From assembly GCA_048941285.1 (NCBI GenBank), contig JBHLNS010000002.1, forward strand, positions 1 through 64,000: a DNA stretch of 64,000 nt. The letters run 5' to 3'. Position numbers and translations under genes: made by a program. Position 1 is the first letter of the stretch. Each line of letters starts with the position of its first letter. The DNA is from Promethearchaeota archaeon. GTDB lineage: Archaea > Asgardarchaeota > Lokiarchaeia > Sigyniarchaeales > SOKP01. This document shows, in pieces, positions 14,901-23,900 of the stretch. The notes under the pieces are model-generated. The model was not told where the DNA came from, ran no database searches, and was given only the letters and a program-made list of their open reading frames with translations.

Positions 14901-17900
14901 TCCAAGCTTTGCTAACACTAGGAGCTTCCCAGGTACTCCAAGAGATGCCATCATTACTGAAACGTACTTGATAAACTCCAGATGTGGCATCATTGTATGT
15001 TAATGTAAGAGTTATACTGATAGTAATAGTCCATAAATCATCATTATTGATGATTATAGAACCAGTGGGTGCAATTGTATCAAGTCCAATTGTATCAGTA
15101 GTTTGAAAGGTTGAACCCGCATTATTCTTTACCTCATAATATACAGTCTTAGGTCCTTCACCGGAGGATAATATCCAAAACCGTGTGTCGCTAGGATCCT
15201 CCCAGGCAGTCCAAGAACTTCCATCATTACTGTAACGTACCTGATCCACCCCAGACGTATCATCATCGTATGTCAGACTAAGAGTTACACTTGTAGAGTT
15301 TGTCCATGCATCGTTATCATTAATTATAATGGATCCTGTAGGGCCACTAGTATCCAGTTCAATGCTGTCAGTATCTTGAAAGGTTAAACCAGCATTGTCC
15401 CTTATTTCATAATATACTGTCTTAATTCCATCACCAGAATTAAGTGTCCATGCCCGAGTGGCACTAGGTGCTTCCCAAGCTGTCCATGAGCCACCTTCAT
15501 TACGATATCTTACTTGATCAATTCCAGAAGTGGCATCATTATAAGTTAAAGTTAATAGTACGCTCGGATTATTTGTCCAAGTATCATCATCATTGATTAT
15601 AATGGTTCCCGTAGGAGTTGCTGTATCAAGCCCAATAGTATCAGTAACTTGAAATATTAAACCTGCTTTATCTCTTATTTCATAATAAACACCCTTAGAA
15701 GAACTATCTCCTGAGGATATTGTCCATGATCTGGTCACACTTGGTATTTCCCAAGAGGTCCATGCAATTCCATCATTACTGTAGCGTACTTGTTCAACAC
15801 CAGAAATTACATCATCAAAAGACAAATATAATAGTACATCCATAGAAATTGTCCATGCATCACCACCATTAATATCAATCGATCCCGTAGGATTCACGGT
15901 ATCAAGACCAATTGTGTCATTAAATTGAGAAATTCTTCCAGAATTGTCTCTCACTTCGAAAAATACTGCTTTAGCGGCTTCATCACCTGAAGTAAGAATC
16001 CACAATCGAGAGACATTAGAATCCTCCCAAGAAGTCCATGAAATAGCATCATTACTATAACGTACTTGATTCACCCCAGACATAACATCATTATATGTTA
16101 ATGCTAGAAATACGCTTGTAGAGTTGGTCCATGCATCGCCACCATTAATATCGATAGAACCCGTAGGATCTGCTGTATCAAGCCCGATTGTATCAAAAAA
16201 GACAGAACTTCTGCCAGCATTGTCTCTTAATTCGTAATAAACTGTTTTTGACACATCATCACCAGAAGTTAATATCCATGCTCTTGATATACTCGCAGAT
16301 TCCCAAGTAGTCCATGTACTACCATCATTACTATATCGTACTTGATCAATTCCAGAAGTTATATCGTTATAAGTTAATGTAAGAGTTACACTAGTTGATG
16401 TACTCCATGTTTCATCATTGTTGATTATAATGGATCCCATAGGATTCAAAGTATCAAGCCCGATTGCATCTGTAAATTGAGAAATCCTTCCAGCATAATC
16501 CTTTATTTCATAATAAACCGTCTTAATCCCATCACTTAAAGAAAGAGTCCATGCTCGAGTGCCGCTTGCAGATTCCCAAGCTGTCCATGTAATACCGTCA
16601 TTACTATATCGCACTTGTTCAACTCCAGAAGTTAAATCATTATAAGTTAATGTAAGAGTTACACTAGTTGATGTACTCCATGCTTCATCATTGTTGATTA
16701 TAATGGATCCCGTAGGATTCAAAGTATCAAGCCCAATAGTATCAGAAACTTGAAAGATTAAGCCTGCTTTATCTCTTATTTCATAATAAACCGTCTTAGA
16801 AACGCCATCTGGAGTAGATAGAGCCCATACTTTGGTGGCATTAGGTACTTGCCAACTTGACCAAGTAAGACCATCATTACTATAGTGTACTAGATCAACT
16901 CCAGAAGTAGCATCATAATAAATTAAATATAATATAACACTTGTAGAATTGGTCCAGATATCACCATTGTTAATCTCAATTGAACCTGTAGGTCCAGTGG
17001 TATCCAATCCAATACTATCAGTGATTTGATAAGTTAAACCTGCGTGATCTCTAATTTCATAATATACAGTTTTGGATAAACCATCTCCAGCAGGTATTGT
17101 CCAAGCTTTAGTAGTACTAGGTGCTTCCCAATCGGTCCACAAAATACTATCATTACTATAACGTACTTCAAGTACTCCAGAAGTAGTATCATCGTATGTT
17201 AAGGTGAGTGTTAGACTAGTTGATGTACTCCATGCCTCATCGTTGTTGATTATTATGGATCCTGTAGGTACTGAAGTATCAAGTCCAATAGTATCAGTAT
17301 CTTGAAAGGTTAAACCAGCATTATCCCTTATCTGATAATATACCATCTTAATTCCATCTCCTGAAGACAACATCCAGACTTTAGTAGCACTTGCATCTTC
17401 CCAAGCTGTCCATGTACTGCCGTCATTACTATATCGCACTTGTTCAACTCCAGAAGTTAAATCATTATAAGTTAATGTAAGAGTTACACTAGTCGATGTA
17501 CTCCATGCTTCATCATTGTTGACTATGATAGTTCCAGTAGGATTATTAGTATCAAGTCCAATAGTATCAGTATCTTGAAAGGTAAAACCAGCATTGTCCT
17601 TTATTTCATAATAAACTGTCTTAATGCCATCTCCAGAAATAAGTGTCCATGAACGGACACTGCTAGGTGTTTCCCATGAAGTCCATGAAATTCCATCATT
17701 GCTGTATCGTACTTGATCAACCCCAGAAGTGGCATCATTATAAGTTAAAGCGAGAGTTACGCTTGTAGAATTAGTCCAATTGTAATCATTATTGATCTCA
17801 ATAGAACCACTGGGATCAGCTGTATCTAGCCCAATAGTGTCAATAAATTGAGAAATAATTCCTGCGTTATTCCTAATTTCATAATATACAGTTTTAGGTC

Positions 17901-20900
17901 CATCCCCGGAAGGAAGTATCCAGGCTCGAGTATCACTAGCTGCTTCCCATGGAGTCCAAGAAATGCTATCATTACTGTAACGTACTTGATCAACTCCAGA
18001 AGTTGCATCATCATAAACTAAGAATAATGAGACACTTGTAGAATTGGTCCAAATATCACCATCATTAATCTCGATTGATCCTGTAGGTCCTGTTGTGTCT
18101 AGCTCTATAGTATCAGAGGTTTGAAAGATTAGACCCGCATTATCCCTTATTTCATAATACACTATCTTGGTTCCATCCCCAGAAGTGAGTGTCCAAATTC
18201 GAGTATCACTAGGCGCTTGCCAAGAAGTCCATGTACCTCCCTCATTACGATATCTTACTTGATCAATTCCTGAAGTGGCATCATTATAGGTTAAGGTGAG
18301 GGTTACACTAGTTGAAGTACTCCATCCATCATCATTGTTGATAATAATAGATCCAGAGGGATTATTAGTATCGAGTCCAATAGTATCAGTATCTTGAAAG
18401 ATTAAACCCGCATTATCTCTTATTTCATAATAAATAGTTTTAGATACCCCATCGCCAGCAGGTAATGTCCACATTTTAGTACCATATGCATCTTCCCAAG
18501 CAGTCCATGAATCTCCCTCATTACGATATCTTACTTGATCAATTCCAGAAGTATCATCATTAAATGTCAATGTAAGAATTACACTGGTTGATATGGTCCA
18601 TCCCTCTTCATTGTTGATTATTATTGATCCTGAAGGTACCATCGTATCAAGTCCAATTGTATCATTAATTTGAAAGATTAACCCAGCACTGTCTTTTATC
18701 TCATAGTAAACAACTTTGGATGCCGCATCTCCAGAAGATAATATCCAGGCTTTATTAATATTTGCAGCTTCCCATGCTGTCCATGTGCTACCATCATTGC
18801 TGTAGCGTACTTCATCGACTCCAGAAGTGGCATCACTATAGGTTAAAGTAAGAGTTACACTGGTTGAAGTAGACCAAGTATCTCCGCCATTGATATCAAT
18901 AGATCCAGTAGGATCAATAGTGTCAAGTCCAATAGTATCAGAATCTTGAAAGGTTAAACCAGCATTATCCTTTATTTCATAATATACCGTCTTAATTCCA
19001 TCGCCGGAAGGAAGTGTCCAAGCTCGAGTATCACTAACTGCTTCCCATGGAGTCCAAGAAATGCTATCATTACTGTAGCGTACTTGATCAACTCCAGAAG
19101 TGGCGTCATTATATATTAAGGTAAGAACTATGTTAGGTGAAGTAGTCCATTCATTATTATCATTAATTAAAATAGATCCAACCGGATCAGCTGTATCAAG
19201 CCCAATAGTGTCAATAAATTGAGAAATAATTCCTGCGTTATTCCTAATTTCATAATATACAGTTTTAGGTCCATCCCCGGAAGGAAGTATCCAGGCTCGA
19301 GTATCACTAGCTGCTTCCCATGGAGTCCAAGAAATGCTATCATTACTGTAACGTACTTGATCAACTCCAGAAGTTGCATCATCATAAACTAAGAATAATG
19401 AGACACTTGTAGAATTGGTCCAAATATCACCATCATTAATCTCGATTGATCCTGTAGGTCCTGTTGTGTCTAGCTCTATAGTATCAGAGGTTTGAAAGAT
19501 TAGACCCGCATTATCCCTTATTTCATAATACACTATCTTGGTTCCATCCCCAGAAGTGAGTGTCCAAATTCGAGTATCACTAGGCGCTTGCCAAGAAGTC
19601 CATGTACCTCCCTCATTACGATATCTTACTTGATCAATTCCTGAAGTGGCATCATTATAGGTTAAGGTGAGGGTTACACTAGTTGAAGTACTCCATCCAT
19701 CATCATTGTTGATAATAATAGATCCAGAGGGATTATTAGTATCGAGTCCAATAGTATCAGTATCTTCAAAAATTAAATTAACATTATCTTTTACTTGATA
19801 GTATACAGTTTTAGAAATATCATCCCCACTAGATAACATCCAGGCTTTAGTAGCACTAGGTGCTTCCCAATCCGTCCATGAAATACCGTCATTACTATAA
19901 CGTACTTCAAGTACTCCTGAAGTTGTATCATCATATGTTAGAGTAAGGGTTACGCTGATAGAGCTAGTCCATGCATTATCATTATTGATTATGATAGTAC
20001 CAGTAGGATCACTAGTATCAAGTCCAATAGTATCATTTATTTGAAAGATTAAACTTGCGTTGTCTCTTATTTCATAATAAACAGTCTTAATTCCATCACC
20101 AGAGGACAATGTCCATGATCGAGTATTGCTAGGATCTTCCCAAGGAGTCCAAGAACTACCATCATTACTATAACGTGCTTCAAGCACTCCAGAAGTTGCA
20201 TCGTTATACGTTAAGGTGAGAGTTACACTTGGAGAAGAAGTCCAAGCATCATTGTTATTGATTAATATGGATCCTGTAGGATTTACTGTATCAAAACCAA
20301 TAGTATCATTATCTTGAAATATTAACTTAGCATTATCTCGTATTTCATAATATACAATCTTAAATCCATCCCCAGGAGTAAGCGACCATGCTCGAGTATA
20401 ACTTGGTGCTTCCCAAGGAGTCCAAGAACTGCCATCATTACTATAACGTACTTCAAGTACTCCAGAAGTTGCATCATTATAATTTAATGTGAGAGTTACG
20501 CTGGAGGAGGTGGTCCATGCATCATCACTATTGATTATAATAGATCCTGAAGGTTGAATTGTATCAAGTCCAATAGCATCAGAGGTTTGGTAGATTAACC
20601 CTACATTATCTCTTATTTGATAATATACATTTTTAGGTCCATCCCCGGAAGGAAGTATCCAAGCTCGAGTATTACTAGCTGCTTCCCATGGAGTCCAAGA
20701 AATACTATCATTACTGTAGCGGACTTGATCAACTCCAGAGGTAATATCATCATAAATTAAAGATAATATAACACTTGTAGAATTGGTCCAGGTATCTCCA
20801 TCGTTAATTATAATAGAACCTGTAGGATCCGTCGTGTCCAACTCTATATTGTCAGAAATTTGGAAGATCAAGCCAGCATCATCCCTTATTTCATAATATA

Positions 20901-23900
20901 CAGTTTTAATTCCATCTCCAGAAGTGAGAGTCCAAGCTCGAGTATCACTAGCTTCTTCCCATGCAGTCCATAAGCCGCCTTCATTACGATACCTAACTTG
21001 ATCAATTCCCGAAGTAATATCATCATATGTCAATGTAAGAGTTACACTGGTTGAAGTAGACCAGGTATCTCCACCATTGATATTAATAGATCCAGTAGGA
21101 TCTACAGTATCAAGTCCAATGGTGTCGAAATATTGAGAAATTCTCCCTGCTACATCTCTTATTTCATAGTATACAGTTTTAGCGATATCATCCCCACTAG
21201 ACAAAATCCATGCTTTATTAGTACTAGGCAACTCCCAACTCGTCCACGAAATACCATCATTACTATATCGTACTTGATCAATTCCCGAAGTAGCATCATT
21301 ATATGTCACGGTAAGAGTTACACTGGTTGAAGTAGACCAAGTATCTCCACCATTGATATTAATAGATCCAGTAGGATCTACAGTATCAAGTCCTATCGTA
21401 TCATTAAATTGAGAGACAATTCCCGCTGTATCCCTTATTTCATAATAAACTGTTTTAATTCCATTACTGGGATTAAGAGTCCATGTTTTAGTAGTACTCG
21501 CTGCTTCCCATTCTGTCCATGAACTCGCATCATTACTGTAGCGTACTTCTAAGACTCCAGAAGTGACATCATTATATGTCAAAGTGAGCGTTACACTTGT
21601 AGAAATAGTCCATGTTTCACCCCCATTAATCTCGATGGAACCAGTAGGATCAACCGTATCAAGCCCGATTGTGTCAACAAATAGAGAACTACTTCCTGCA
21701 TAATCTTTTATTTCATAATATACCGTTTTAATTCCATCACCAGAGGGTAATGTCCATGATCGCGTATCAATAGGATCTTCCCAAGGAGTCCAAGAACTTC
21801 CATCATTACTATAACGTACTTTATTAACTCCAGAATTATCATCATTATACGTTAATGAAAGAGTTACGGTTGCTGAGATGGTCCATATAGCACCACCATT
21901 AATCTCGATGGAACCAGTAGGTAATAATGTGTCTTTATTAACTTGGGTCATTTCAGACTGTACATTACCTGCAGAGTCATTAACATAAAATGTTATATTA
22001 ACGATGCCATCTGGCACAGAATTCCAAGCATTAAAATTAATGGATTCATTGATTTCAAAATAAAATTTTGTAATTTCAGTATTCAAAGTGTACCACATTT
22101 TATCTAAATTGTTATCAGAGATCTCAACAATGAAACTTGGAGGAGTGTTATTAAAGAATTGCCCTCCTATTGGTGAAATAATATTAATAGAGGGTATAGT
22201 CGTATCTTTATATACCTTTACAAAAGCAGAAGCTGAATTCCCCGCTGTATCATTTGCATAAAAAGTAATTGTAATTTGTCCATCTGTCAAACCAAGCCAT
22301 CCTTCTAAAGTGCTATTTTCAAGGAAGAAGTGTTTAGTTAGTTCACCATTGAAGATAAACCACATTTTATCTAGATTTTCGTCCCTAATTTGAACAATAA
22401 AATGTGGGATGGTATTATTAAAGACTTCATTTTCATTTGGAGAAATAATATTAATAGAAGGAAAATTGGTATCCTTATATACATTTACTGATTTAAAATT
22501 AACATTACCTACTGAATCATTAGCATAGAAATAAATTATATTAAATCCATCTAACAAACCATTCCATGCTGTTTGATCTATCGAACTATTTGAATCGAAG
22601 AAGTATTTTAGAGGATTAGTATTTAACATATACCACATGCTTTCTAAACTCTTATCAAGAATTTCTACATTAAAGGAGGGGCTTATTGATCCTATAAATT
22701 GTCCTTCATATGGTTTGTTAATTATTATTACTGGATTTGTTGTATCTATAACATTAATTGAATCACTAATAATATTCCAGTTATTATTATTATCTTCTAT
22801 ATATATTTTATATTGTTTAGTACCTACAGAATCGGGAATCCATAGATCATATTGCCACTTGTTCCCATAAATGTTCACCATTGAATAGTTAAATCCCCCG
22901 ATTTCGAGTAAAATTTGATTTATTCCTGAGAGATCAGATGCATTAATGGCAATAGTCTCAATATTCCCCAATTCTAGTGGATCTGAACTTTCACTTAAAT
23001 CTGAAAAAGACGGGGGGGTTGTATCAATTACTTGAATATAACCAATAATGGAATTCCATTTCAGGTTAATATTTTGAGCATAAATTATATAGGTATAATT
23101 TCCTGTATAAAGAGGAGTCCAAGTATCATTTTGCCATAAATCTTCCCCAACATAAGCCATTGAGTAATTTTGATTATCAAATTCTATGAATACATGTATG
23201 ATCCCAGCAAGATCTGTAATACTAACTGTTATATTTACATTATTACCCAATTCTATAGGATCTTCATTTTCAATAATATAATTGAACTGAGGTTTGAAAG
23301 TCTCTTCAGAACCTAAAAATATTATTGGTTCATTAGAAACTAATAATCTAATTTTTAACTTATCAAAAGATGAGATTGCGTTTGTAGTCCAGGTCATTAA
23401 TCCAATTTGACCGGGATTTAAATGATCAGTATCAGTCATATTATTTTTTAAAATCCCATTTAAATATACCAAATAATTTGATCCTAAAACCTCGATTTTC
23501 AGGTGATACCATTGGCTATCTATTAATACTGATTCATCATTTAGTGTATTGTCAAGTGTATAGGGGATATCATTAGTCCACTTTCCAATAGCTACCTCGT
23601 ATTCCCAAAATCCAATTCCTGCGGTATAAAAATTTTGGTTATTTTGATGTCGGAACATTACTCCCGCCCCAAAATTACCACCACTGCTGTTTATAAATAC
23701 TTCAATTGATGCATTCTCAACCAAATATGTATTAATTAAACTTCTCCCATCCACAACAAATTGATTTTCCACATATTCATTATTATTTACAGACCAAGTT
23801 CCATTAATAACAGTCCAGCCGTTTGCAGATCCATCAGGTTGGGTAAAATCATCAAAAAAATCATAAATTTTACTTTTATTTGTTAGGGGTTTGTTACAAT

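Noticed and set aside
2990-21930. CRISPR array or diversity-generating retroelement
   Set aside because: Period is 273/276 bp, in-frame coding with largely synonymous variation; no unique spacers, cas or reverse transcriptase genes, and the duplicated block is identical rather than adenine-mutated.
555-22870. Many 60-85-aa ORFs listed in the track
   Set aside because: Off-frame or antisense shadows of the giant repeat CDS.
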